Source: an uncultured Alphaproteobacteria bacterium (GTDB lineage Bacteria; Pseudomonadota; Alphaproteobacteria; Sphingomonadales; Sphingomonadaceae). Taken from it: a DNA stretch of 64,000 nucleotides. The DNA is taken from NCBI GenBank assembly GCA_963850395.1, contig CAWKKZ010000001.1:23559-87558 (forward strand). The letters are read 5' to 3'. Below are positions 1-9,245 of this stretch, in pieces. The notes under the pieces were generated by a model. It saw only the letters and a list, made by a program, of their open reading frames with translations, was not told the origin of the DNA and searched no databases. Positions within the stretch are counted from its first letter, which is position 1. Every line of letters begins with the position of its first letter. The translations under genes were made by a program, and so were the position numbers.

Positions 1-77
1 GGGCAGTGCCCGCCGAGTCGGAAACACAAGTGTTGAAGGCCAGGTCGCACAGCTGGTTTGGATTATGGGGGCAATAC

Positions 78-2115
78 GTGGATTTCAGGAACGGAGACGA
101 GCCAACAATGGCCGAGGTTGAGGCAGCACTGGTTGAAAGCACGGCAGCAAGCGAGGCTCCGGCCCGACAGGCAAAGCACAAGGAGGCAGCCCCCGCGGTG
201 AGCATGACCGACAAGAGCGACGCCGGATCGGACGCGCTGGTTGCGCAGCTTGGCGCGGAAGCGCTGGCGGGCGCGATCAAGGCCGCGGCGACCGCACCGG
301 ACGATTCGAAATCGATCCACGATCGCCGCTTCGAGATCGAGACCGACCACGCCCGCGACGTGCTGCTGACCGATTTCGGCAAGGAAACGCTCGACGATCG
401 TTATCTGCTCCCCGGTGAGCGCTATCAGGACCTGTTCGCCCGCGTCGCTGCGGCCTATGCCGACGATGAGGGCCACGCCCAGCGGCTTTACGACTACATC
501 AGCCGGCTGTGGTTCATGCCGGCCACCCCGGTGCTCTCGAACGGCGGCACCAACCGCGGGTTGCCGATCAGCTGCTATCTCAACTCGGTCGATGACAGCC
601 TCGAAGGGATTGTCGGGACCTGGAACGAGAACGTCTGGCTCGCCAGCCGCGGCGGCGGGATCGGCACCTATTGGGGCAATGTCCGCGGGATCGGCGAGCC
701 GGTCGGGCTCAACGGCAAGACCAGCGGGATCATCCCGTTCGTGCGGGTGATGGACAGCCTGACGCTCGCGATCTGCGCAAGGCAGCCTGCGCCGCGGTTC
801 GGCCGCCTGCTACCTCGATATCTCGCACCCCGAGATCGAGGAATTCCTCGAGATCCGCAAACCCTCGGGCGATTTCAACCGCAAGGCCTTGAACCTCCAC
901 CACGGCGTGCTGGTCAGCGACGAATTCATGGAATGCGTCCGCAGCGGCAGCGAATTTGCGCTGCGCAGCCCCAAGGACCAGTCGGTGCGCAGCACTGTCG
1001 ATGCCCGGGCGCTGTTCCAGAAGCTGGTCGAAACCCGGCTCGCCACCGGGGAGCCCTATATCGTCTTCTCCGACACGGTGAACCGGATGATGCCGCAGCA
1101 TCACCGCGACCTTGGGCTCAAGGTCTCGACCTCGAACCTGTGCTCGGAAATTACGCTCCCCACCGGCCGCGACCACCTCGGCAACGATCGCACCGCGGTG
1201 TGCTGCCTCTCCAGCCTCAACCTCGAGACCTGGGACGAGTGGCACCAGGAGGAACGCTTCGTCGAAGACGTGCTGCGCTTCCTCGACAATGTCCTGCAGG
1301 ACTACATCGACCGCGCCCCCAGCGAGATGGCCCGCGCCAAGTATTCGGCGATGCGCGAACGTTCGGTCGGCATGGGGGTGATGGGCTTCCACTCGTTCCT
1401 GCAGAAGAAGAGCATCGGTTTTGAAAGCGCCATGGCCAAGGCCTGGAACCTCAAGATGTTCAAGCAGATCGCGGCCAAGGCCGATGAGGCCAGCCTGATG
1501 CTGGCGCAGGAACGCGGCGCCTGTCCCGATGCTGCCGACATGGGGGTGATGCAGCGCTTCAGCTGCAAGATGGCGATCGCGCCGACCGCCTCGATCAGCA
1601 TCATCTGCGGCGGCACCAGCGCCTGCATCGAGCCGATCCCGGCCAACATCTATACCCACAAGACGCTGTCGGGCAGCTTCGTGGTCAAGAACCCCTACCT
1701 TGAGGCGCTGCTGCAAGCCAAGGCCAAGGATTCGACCAATGTGTGGAATTCGATCCTTGAGCGCGGCGGCTCGATCCAGCACCTCGATTTCCTCAGCCCG
1801 GAGGAAAAGGACGTGTTCAAGACCAGCTTCGAGATCGACCAGCGCTGGCTGCTCGAATTCGCCGCCGATCGCACCCCCTACATCGACCAGGCGCAAAGCT
1901 TGAACCTTTACATCCCCGCCGATGTCGACAAGTGGGACCTGGCCATGCTCCACTTCCAGGCCTGGGAGCGCGGGATCAAGTCGCTCTATTACCTGCGCTC
2001 GAAGTCGGTGCAGCGCGCCGGGTTCGCTGGCGGGGTCGAGGCCGACAACACCGCCGAGCCGGCCAAGTACGAGCTGCCGACCACCGACTATGATGAGTGC
2101 TTGAGCTGCCAGTAA
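78..2115 (+). CDS. nrdA: Ribonucleoside-diphosphate reductase class I alpha subunit, split by an apparent +1 frameshift at about 775
   Basis: Motifs FMPATPVLSNGG, GLPISCYL, SRGGGIG in ORF 6..1424 and TSNLCSEI, AIAPTASIS, SLYYLRS and C-terminal ECLSCQ in ORF 889..2115. Removing one base at about 775 restores LTLAISQGSLRRGSAA. Probable GTG start at 78. No ATP-cone recognised. Confidence 0.95.
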
Positions 2116-2146
2116 GGTGGCGGTGAAGCCGACCAGGAGGCCTGCC

Positions 2147-2554
2147 ATGGCATTTCGCGATTCACTCTCTGCCGGTACCGGCTGCACTGCAGTAACCGGC
2201 GGGATCGGGCTCGTCCTGCTCGCCGCGCTGCTGCTCGGCTGGCCGCAGTACCGGGTCTATCAGCAACGGCTGGCGGGCGAGGCGCGGCTGGCCGAGGCAC
2301 AAAGCTCGCGCCAGGTCGCGATCCTTGAGGCGCGGGCCAAGAAGGAAAGCTCGATCAGCCTCGCCGAGGCCGAGGTGATCCGCGCCGAAGGCGCAGCCAA
2401 GGCCAACCGGATCCTCCAGGATTCGCTCGGCGGCCCCGAAGGCTACCTGCGCTATCTGCAGATCCAGGCGCTTGAGGAAACCAAGGCGAACCTGATCTAT
2501 GTGCCGACCGAGGCCGGGCTGCCGGTCACCGAAGCACGCCGGCTCGGGCAATAG
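2147..2554 (+). CDS. Small single-TM membrane protein with coiled coil resembling the SPFH/stomatin-prohibitin C-terminal region
   Basis: AGGAGG RBS before ATG 2147; N-terminal TM, Ala/Glu-rich coiled coil (EAEVIRAEGAAKANRIL) and IYVPTEAGLP tail. Confidence 0.7.
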   Translation: MAFRDSLSAGTGCTAVTGGIGLVLLAALLLGWPQYRVYQQRLAGEARLAEAQSSRQVAILEARAKKESSISLAEAEVIRAEGAAKANRILQDSLGGPEGYLRYLQIQALEETKANLIYVPTEAGLPVTEARRLGQ

Positions 2555-2558
2555 CACG

Positions 2559-2744
2559 ATGACGCAGAACCAGGCCACCATGCTCGGCTTCGGGCTGGCG
2601 CTGATCGGCGGCGGAGCGTTTGTGTTCTCGCGCCCGGCACCCAGCGAGAGCGCGGTCTATGCCCGCCGCATTGTCGGCATGATGCTGCTCGGCCTTGGCC
2701 TGGCGCTCTCCGCGTTCGGCCTGTCGCTGGCGCTCGCCGGATGA
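2559..2744 (+). CDS. Small 2-TM hypothetical membrane protein (61 aa)
   Basis: ATG 4 nt after the upstream stop; two hydrophobic helices (MLGFGLALIGGGAFVF; IVGMMLLGLGLALSAFGLSLALA). Confidence 0.6.
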   Translation: MTQNQATMLGFGLALIGGGAFVFSRPAPSESAVYARRIVGMMLLGLGLALSAFGLSLALAG

Positions 2745-2844
2745 CGCCGCGCCCCCGCCCTATCCCCCGATTCACCGCCCCCACCGGTTCGCGCCGCGCG
2801 GGGGAATGCGCTATGCTGATCGTTCGTACTCCGGAGTCGTTCCC

Positions 2845-3909
2845 ATGCCCCTGCTAGAAGCCCGCAAGACCTACAAGCCGTTCGAATATCCCTGGGCCTA
2901 TGACATGTGGAAGCGCCAGCAGCAGGTCCACTGGATGCCCGAGGAAGTGCCGCTGGGCGAGGACTGCCGCGATTGGGCGCAGAAGATCTCCGATCATGAG
3001 CGCAACCTGCTGACCCAGATTTTCCGGTTCTTCACCCAGGCCGATATCGAGGTCCAGAACTGTTATCACGAGCATTACGGGCGGGTGTTCAAGCCGACCG
3101 AGGTCAAGATGATGTTGTCGGCGTTCTCCAACATGGAGACGATCCACATCGCCGCCTATTCGCACCTGCTCGACACCATCGGCATGCCCGAAAGCGAATA
3201 CGGGATGTTCCTCGAATATGAGGAAATGCGCGCCAAGCACGATTACCTCGCGCAGTTCGGGGTCGATACGGACGAGGACATCGCCCGCACCCTCGCCATG
3301 TTCGGCGGCTTCACCGAGGGGCTGCAGCTGTTCGCCAGCTTCGCGATGCTGATGAACTTCCCGCGCTTCAACAAGATGAAGGGGATGGGCCAGATCGTCA
3401 CCTGGTCGGTGCGCGACGAAAGCCTCCACTGCGAAGGCATCACCCGGCTGTTCCACGCCTTCGTGCAGGAGCGCGGCTGCCTGACCAAGGCGGTCAAGGA
3501 AGACATCATCGACTGCTGCCAGAAGACCGTGCGGCTCGAAGACGCGTTCATCGACCTCGCCTTCGAGCAGGGCCCGGTCCCGGGGATGAGCCCCAAGGAG
3601 ATCAAGCGCTACATCCGCTACATCGCCGACTGGCGGCTCGGCCAATTGGGCTTCCAGCCGATCTACATGATCGAAGACCACCCGCTGCCGTGGCTGGCGC
3701 CGCTGCTCAACGGCGTCGAACACGCCAACTTCTTCGAGACGCGGGCGACCGAGTATTCCAAGGGCGCGACCAAGGGCAACTGGAACGACGTCTGGTCGAG
3801 CTTCGACGCGCGGCGCAAGGCCAAGAACGGCGAAGGGGCGAATGACGGCGCCGAGGTGGATGCCGGGGCGGAGCCGGACATGTTTGGCGGGACGCAGGCG
3901 GCGGAGTGA
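2845..3909 (+). CDS. nrdB: Ribonucleoside-diphosphate reductase class I beta subunit
   Basis: YKPFEYPWA, HWMPEEV, FFTQADIEV, ETIHIAAY (radical Tyr), EGLQLFASFA, RDESLH, HANFFE di-iron motifs. Confidence 0.96.
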   Translation: MPLLEARKTYKPFEYPWAYDMWKRQQQVHWMPEEVPLGEDCRDWAQKISDHERNLLTQIFRFFTQADIEVQNCYHEHYGRVFKPTEVKMMLSAFSNMETIHIAAYSHLLDTIGMPESEYGMFLEYEEMRAKHDYLAQFGVDTDEDIARTLAMFGGFTEGLQLFASFAMLMNFPRFNKMKGMGQIVTWSVRDESLHCEGITRLFHAFVQERGCLTKAVKEDIIDCCQKTVRLEDAFIDLAFEQGPVPGMSPKEIKRYIRYIADWRLGQLGFQPIYMIEDHPLPWLAPLLNGVEHANFFETRATEYSKGATKGNWNDVWSSFDARRKAKNGEGANDGAEVDAGAEPDMFGGTQAAE

Positions 3910-3953
3910 GGGGGCGCTAGAATCAATCCCCTCGATAAAGCGAGCATGTTGGT

Positions 3954-4724
3954 ATGGGGCGGATTGCAAATCTCCTTCTGGCGGCAATTCTTGGACTCTT
4001 CTCCGCCTCACTGGCCGTGATATATCAGAATGAGATTGCCGGATTTTTCGGACGCGCTCCAATTACAGCAAAGGTCGACATCGGGCCTTGGTATCCTTTC
4101 TATGCCCGTGAAGGCGGACCGCACTATTCCAAGCAAGATGATGAAGCCATAGGTGAAATTTCTGATCCAAGAGAACTTTCCTTTGCACGAGTCTCACATA
4201 AAGAATAGAAGCGCATCAAAGATTGATAGCGTCATCTTTAGCGTTGACGATGTAAATCTTGAAAGCTCTAGCCCATACCATTTTCATGCAGTAGTTCTGC
4301 GAGGTGGCGGCAAAACTGCGTCGAGGTCATTCTATGACAACGCTTCTCACAATATTAATTTTGGCTCGCTTGAAGCTGCTCAGAGCTTAACTGCGTATGT
4401 ATGGAGCAATCGGACTTTTTCCTATCCGCACGATCCTAGTGATATCGTAATTTTGACTTCAAATGGAAACGCAGTTACGTCTGCAAATAGATACTCTGGA
4501 GATGTGGGATCGATTTAATATTTGACGTAGAAACTGAATTTATAGCATGGGTAATTGTGTTTGTTACATTGTTTATATCATTTCTAACCTATTTTTACGC
4601 CAATCACTTCTTCAATTTTATCAAATTAGTACTTAAGGATGATGATTATTACTTGAGTGAGAAAATCCGATACGAGGAGGATCCGCAAAAATACATAGTC
4701 CCGGAGAGCCTTCCAAAGCAATAA
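3954..4724 (+). pseudogene. AT-rich hypothetical membrane protein of about 256 aa, interrupted by a +1 and a -1 frameshift
   Basis: Three abutting frames (3954-4208, 4153-4518, 4491-4724; the last has no start codon) join into a protein with N- and C-terminal TM segments; markedly AT-rich versus flanks. Confidence 0.5.
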
Positions 4725-4869
4725 TTCCGGGGCGAGTTCCGGGCGGATTTCGGTGACACTTAATTACGGCGACAGCTTACTCAATCCCCAATTGCCGCCA
4801 CACTTCCAAACTTCACCTTCGCGCCGCGAGCGATCATCGCCAGCAGCATCCGCGCGGCGCAATCGGGGC

Positions 4870-4893
4870 GGCGGCGGGCCGGAGCCCGCCGCC
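4870..4893. terminator. GC-rich hairpin downstream of the 133-aa gene
   Basis: GGCGGCGGGC-CGGA-GCCCGCCGCC, 10-bp perfect stem; no clear U-tract. Confidence 0.35.
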
Positions 4894-4902
4894 TTCCGCG
4901 GA

Positions 4903-5304
4903 TCAGAAGCTGTGCGAAACCGTGTTCGATTTCTTCTTCACTTCGCTCGTCGTGTAGAGGTTGACCAGTTTGAACAGGGCATAGACCTCGTCCTTGCCCC
5001 AGTCCTCGTCGAGCACGCCTTCGCCGAGCAGGACATCGAAGGTGCGGTCTTCGCTCGCGGTCGGCGAGGCGTCGGGGAAGAAGAAGGCCTCCGAATAGGT
5101 GAACAGGAAGTCGTCACCGAAGGTCAGGCCCGAATCCTCGCCCCACAGCTGGCATTTCAGCTTGAAGAAGCGCGCGCCGCTGCAGTTCTTCATCTGGCAC
5201 AGCTCGAGCGCGGTGAAGTTGACCCGGCACTTGGCGGTCGCCTTGACGATCTTCTTGCGATGATCGTGGGCCAGGGCGAGGGTTGCGTTGGTAATCGTAG
5301 CCAT
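4903..5304 (-). CDS. Hypothetical protein (133 aa)
   Basis: AGGAG RBS upstream, GC3-rich codon usage typical of host genes, protein-like composition. Confidence 0.75.
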   Translation of the reverse strand: MATITNATLALAHDHRKKIVKATAKCRVNFTALELCQMKNCSGARFFKLKCQLWGEDSGLTFGDDFLFTYSEAFFFPDASPTASEDRTFDVLLGEGVLDEDWGKDEVYALFKLVNLYTTSEVKKKSNTVSHSF

Positions 5305-5555
5305 GAGACATTCTCCTGTATGGACAGGGCCTGCGAGCCAGGCCGATAGTCCAGTTGCGAATGCGACCCGGCTGTTTTGTTATTCGGGTGAAATAATGGC
5401 CCCCGCGCTGGCAAATCCCCTCCAGCATTATTCACGATCAGTTGCAGACGATGTTCTTCCAGTCCTGAGTGAAGGCAGAATTACCTTCACACCGGCTGCT
5501 TTTCGAAGCTGTTATTTAATTGAACTCTATGCCCCAAGGCTTGCAGTTCGGGTGG

Positions 5556-5570
5556 TTAAGAATTTGTTAG
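5556..5570. promoter_or_regulatory. CtrA-box-like motif TTAA-N7-TTAG
   Basis: TTAAGAATTTGTTAG in an AT-rich divergent intergenic region; one mismatch to TTAA-N7-TTAA. Confidence 0.3.
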
Positions 5571-5808
5571 GTTTTTGCCGATGCGCGACAGGGCGTGGCG
5601 GGCGCGAGGTGGAACTGCGATCCGCCAATTGCGGACCGGGCGGGGACCCGCACCAGCCTGTCCCCGTGCCCCGCGCTTTCCTACACCCCCGGCCCCGGCT
5701 ATCATCGTCCCCGGCGCCGGAATTGGGCTGTTTTTTTCATTTCCTGGACCCTGTCAGGTGTGTCAGGTTCCAGTCGGCACCCATCCCCGCCAACCGAAGG
5801 ACCGCCCG

Positions 5809-6300
5809 ATGAAGCTGCTCCCTGCCCTGCTTGCCGCCCTGCCCCTGCTGAGCGCCGCCCCCGCCGCCGTGGCGCAGGAGCTGCGTCCGGTGCTGACCGC
5901 GGCTTCGGCCCAGACCATCGTTGCGACCTGCGCCGCCATGGCGACCGAGCGCGGCTGGAAGGTTTCGATCGCGGTGCAGGACAATGGCGCCAACCTCGCC
6001 GCGTTCCTGCGGATGGACGGCACCGGGCTCGCCTCGGTCGAGGTCGCGCAGTGGAAGGCCGGGGCGGCGGCCAGCTGGGGCTGGCAGACCAAGCAGATGG
6101 TCGAGCGGATCGCCACCACCCCCAGCTTTGCCTTTGCCCCGCGCGTCGCCACCTTCGAAGGCGGGGTGCCGGTCTATTCGGCCGACGGCAAGGTGCTGCT
6201 CGGCGGGGTCGGGGTATCGGGCGCGGCCAGCGCCGACGATGCCGCCTGCGCCCGCGCCGGGATCGTCAAGGCCGGCCTCACCGATGTCCGCGCGCCTTAG
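5809..6300 (+). CDS. GlcG/HbpS family heme-binding protein with signal peptide
   Basis: Signal peptide MKLLPALL...AVA; VSIAVQDNG.NL.AFLRMDG, KA..AA, FEGGVPV, GGVGVSGA motifs. Confidence 0.85.
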   Translation: MKLLPALLAALPLLSAAPAAVAQELRPVLTAASAQTIVATCAAMATERGWKVSIAVQDNGANLAAFLRMDGTGLASVEVAQWKAGAAASWGWQTKQMVERIATTPSFAFAPRVATFEGGVPVYSADGKVLLGGVGVSGAASADDAACARAGIVKAGLTDVRAP

Positions 6301-6335
6301 AACATCAAACACTTCTCACGAAAAGGATCCCCCGC

Positions 6336-6623
6336 ATGGCCGCCTACATTGTCTTCATCAAGGAACGCGAGCACGACGCCGGCATCATGGCCGACTATGG
6401 CGGCAAGGCCGGGCCTTCGCTCGCCGGGCACGCGGCCAAGCCGCTCGCCGCCTATGGCGCGATCGAAACGCTGGAAGGCCCTGAGGCACAGGGCTGTGTG
6501 CTGATCGAATTCCCCGACATGGCAGCGGCGCGGGCCTGGTACAATTCGGACGCCTATCAAGAGGCCCGCAAGCTGCGCTTCGCTGGGGCGGACTACCGGG
6601 TGTTCATCACCCAGGGGCTGTGA
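6336..6623 (+). CDS. DUF1330 domain protein
   Basis: MAAYIVF start, LEGPE...VLIEFPDMAAARAWYNSDAYQ motif. Confidence 0.9.
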   Translation: MAAYIVFIKEREHDAGIMADYGGKAGPSLAGHAAKPLAAYGAIETLEGPEAQGCVLIEFPDMAAARAWYNSDAYQEARKLRFAGADYRVFITQGL

Positions 6624-6641
6624 CGGGGAGCCCCTGATCGG

Positions 6642-7001
6642 TCAAGCCGCGCTGCGCGCCTCCCCGGCGTGCACGCCGAGCAGGACGCGCTTCATGTCAC
6701 CCTTCTCGCGGTAGGTCAGGAACAGGATGTAGGCCATCGACACGGTGGTGCCGGCCACGAACGAGGCGATCGCGAGCACCCAGCCGAGCAGGCTCCAACC
6801 GTTGCGCCAGCCGGCCCACAGCCCGGTGAGGGCGAGCGCCGCGGCGAAATCGACGTTCATCTGCCCCTGCCAGGTCATCGCGGCGACCGCGCTGTTGAAT
6901 TCCGGGCCGATCTGATCGAGGCTGTGGACCTGGCCGACCATGGCCGAATAGATCTGCAGCGCCACCCAGGCGACGATCAGATAGAAGCGAAATGCGTTCA
7001 T
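6642..7001 (-). CDS. Small multi-pass membrane protein, paralog A
   Basis: Hydrophobic helices; LWAGWRNGWS and REKGDMKRVLLGV shared with the adjacent paralog. Confidence 0.75.
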   Translation of the reverse strand: MNAFRFYLIVAWVALQIYSAMVGQVHSLDQIGPEFNSAVAAMTWQGQMNVDFAAALALTGLWAGWRNGWSLLGWVLAIASFVAGTTVSMAYILFLTYREKGDMKRVLLGVHAGEARSAA

Positions 7002-7127
7002 GGTTGGGCTCCCTTCCCGTGGTTGGCGGGAAAGTGCCTGAGGATCGCGGCCTTGGGAAGGGCTGGAGCCCTATCAACTGAGACAGGGTGCAGGCATTTC
7101 CCGCTTGCGATAAGGCCCGCGCGGCAT

Positions 7128-7496
7128 CTAGTCAGTCCAGCGGCGGTGCGGCGCCTCGTCGGCGCGGACGCCCAGCAGCACGCGCTTGATGTCACCCTTC
7201 TCACGGTGGAGCAGGACGAGGAGGTAGGCCCACAGGACCACCCCGCCAAGGCTGAACACGCCGTAAGCCAGCACCCAGCCGAGCGGGCTCCAGCCATTGC
7301 GCCAGCCAGTCCACAGCGCTGCGGTGATCAGGAAGGTGGTGAAGTCGAGATTGGCCAGGCCGGGAAATCCGCCCTCCCTGATCGCAGCGAAGAACTTGGC
7401 CAGCTCAGTGAAGAAGTCGGCGCTGCCGAGCACATAGACGGTGTAGGCCACCAGCGCGGTCCAGGCGGCGATCAGAAACAGGCGGAATGCAATCAT
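7128..7496 (-). CDS. Small multi-pass membrane protein, paralog B
   Basis: GGGAG RBS before MIAFRLFL; LWTGWRNGWS and REKGDIKRVLLGV. Confidence 0.75.
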   Translation of the reverse strand: MIAFRLFLIAAWTALVAYTVYVLGSADFFTELAKFFAAIREGGFPGLANLDFTTFLITAALWTGWRNGWSPLGWVLAYGVFSLGGVVLWAYLLVLLHREKGDIKRVLLGVRADEAPHRRWTD

Positions 7497-7546
7497 GGCA
7501 GAGCTCCCGTGGATGTGCGGGAGCCAAACTGCCGCCAAGCGCGCGG

Positions 7547-7933
7547 TTAGTCCAGCCAGCCGAACCAAATGGCAATGAGCTGAGCCAGCATCCCCAGCAC
7601 GAACAGGTAGAGCATGCCCCACAGCAGCGGCCTGGACGGCCGGGCGAGATCGGGGCGGCCTTCGGGGTAGGTCAGCGCAACCTGGGTGCCGAGCGGCGGG
7701 CGCGGGGTGTGCACATAGACCGGGTCGATCACCTCATGCGGGCCGTCCTCAGCGGTAAACCGGTAGACTGCGGCATAGCTGACGCCATCGACGCCGTCAG
7801 ACTTTCGGTGATTGCAAACCTCGCTTTCAACCCGCCGGGTTGAGCGGGTCAGCCGCGGCCAGTCGCGCCATAGCAGCACCGCCAGCGTAAACAGCAGCAG
7901 CGCGATGCCGATACCAACGAACAGGTAGTGCAA
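7547..7933 (-). CDS. DUF3592-like membrane protein
   Basis: Two terminal TMs flanking YAAVYRFT...V.LTYPEGRPD.AR. Confidence 0.65.
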   Translation of the reverse strand: MHYLFVGIGIALLLFTLAVLLWRDWPRLTRSTRRVESEVCNHRKSDGVDGVSYAAVYRFTAEDGPHEVIDPVYVHTPRPPLGTQVALTYPEGRPDLARPSRPLLWGMLYLFVLGMLAQLIAIWFGWLD

Positions 7934-7942
7934 CGAAAGCTC

Positions 7943-9245
7943 CTAGCCGGCGAGCCGCAGACCCTCGGCAGCATAGTCCGCCGGCTTGGGCTGGTCGAGC
8001 CAGATCCCGCGGGTGTCGTAGACCAGGTGGCGAGCGCGTTCGGCCAGCGGCACGGCCTTGAACTGGTCGTGATCGACCAGCACGATCAGCACCTGGGTCG
8101 TCTTCGAGCGCGGTATCGATGTCGATCAGCTCGGCCGAAGTGCCTTCGAACTCGCGGGGGAGCTCGGTGGCATAGGGTTCGACCACCTTGATCCGGGCGC
8201 CGTACTTGCGGGCGAGTGTGACCGCGACCAGCCGCGCCGGGCTCTCGCGGAAATCGTCGATGTTGGCCTTGAAGGCGAGGCCGAGGCAGGCGACCGTCAG
8301 CCCCGGATTGGCCTCGAGCAGCGCCTCGGCGCGGGCGATGACGTGGCGGATCTTGCCGTCGTTGACGCCGCGGGCGGTGCGGATCAGCGGGGTCTGCTCG
8401 GGCGCGCCGTGGACTATGAACCACGGATCGACCGCGATGCAGTGGCCGCCGACGCCAGGGCCCGGGGTGAGGATGTTGACGCGGGGATGGCGGTTGGCGA
8501 GGCGGATCACTTCCCAGACGTCGAGTCCCATGTGGTCGGCGACCATCGACAGCTCGTTGGCAAAGGCGATGTTGACGTCGCGGTAGGCGTTCTCGACCAG
8601 CTTGGTCATCTCGGCGCTGCGGGCATCGGTGGTGACGCAGGTGCCGCGGACGAAGCGCTTGTAGAAGGCCAGCGCCTTGCGGGCGCAGCGCGGGGTGATC
8701 CCGCCGATCGAGCGATCGTTGTTGGTCAGTTCCTCGAGGATCTTGCCGGGCAGGACGCGCTCGGGGCAGTAGGCGATCGAGAGGTCGGGGATGTCGCTGG
8801 TCAGGCCAGGGCATTTCAGGTCCGGACGGGCCTTGGCGATCAGATCGCGCAGCGCCTCGGTGGTGCCGACCGGCGAGGTCGATTCGAGGATCACCGTGTC
8901 ACCGTTCTTGAGCACTCTGGCGACCGCTTCCCCGGCGGCGAGGACATAGGAGATGTCGGGCGCGTGGCTCTTGTCGAACGGGGTCGGCACCGCGATGATG
9001 AAGACGTCGCAGGGAGCAACTTCGGTCGAGGCCTTGAGCATGCCGCGGGCAACCACGCCGTGGACCAGCCCGTCAAGATCGACTTCCTCGATGTGAATTT
9101 CGCCGCGGTTGATCGTGTCAACCACGTGCTGCGAGACGTCGACGCCGTGAACCTTGCAGCCCGCGCGCGCCACCACCGCCGCGGTCGGCAGTCCGATGTA
9201 GCCCAGCCCGACAACACAAACGGCGGGTTTAACGTCCGATTTCAT
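7943..9245 (-). CDS. wecC: UDP-N-acetyl-D-mannosamine dehydrogenase, with an apparent +1 frameshift at about 8096-8102
   Basis: VVGLGYIGLPTA, IIAVPTP, LESTSPVG, YCPERVLPG, GPGVGGHCIAVDP, GLAFKANIDDFRESP; the conserved tail VLIVLVDHDQFK...YDTRGIW continues in the next frame to TAG at 7943. Confidence 0.93.

Noticed and set aside
2845-3909. Non-canonical (Mn/Fe or metal-free) NrdB
   Set aside because: The radical Tyr and carboxylate/His ligands appear intact, and there is no nrdI nearby
730-4062. Long antisense ORFs over nrdA and nrdB (485 aa, 402 aa), and similar long alternate-frame ORFs throughout the window
   Set aside because: Expected in high-GC DNA with GC3 bias; they fully overlap well-supported genes and lack recognisable motifs
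4748-4765. GGTGACACTTAATT motif reminiscent of REP-like repeats near tyrosine transposases
   Set aside because: Single short match, no associated transposase and no second copy seen
771-8105. Programmed frameshifting or phase variation as the cause of the nrdA, wecC and low-GC gene breaks
   Set aside because: No slippery heptamer, long homopolymer or stimulatory structure at the sites; clustering in the first 8 kb fits local consensus errors better
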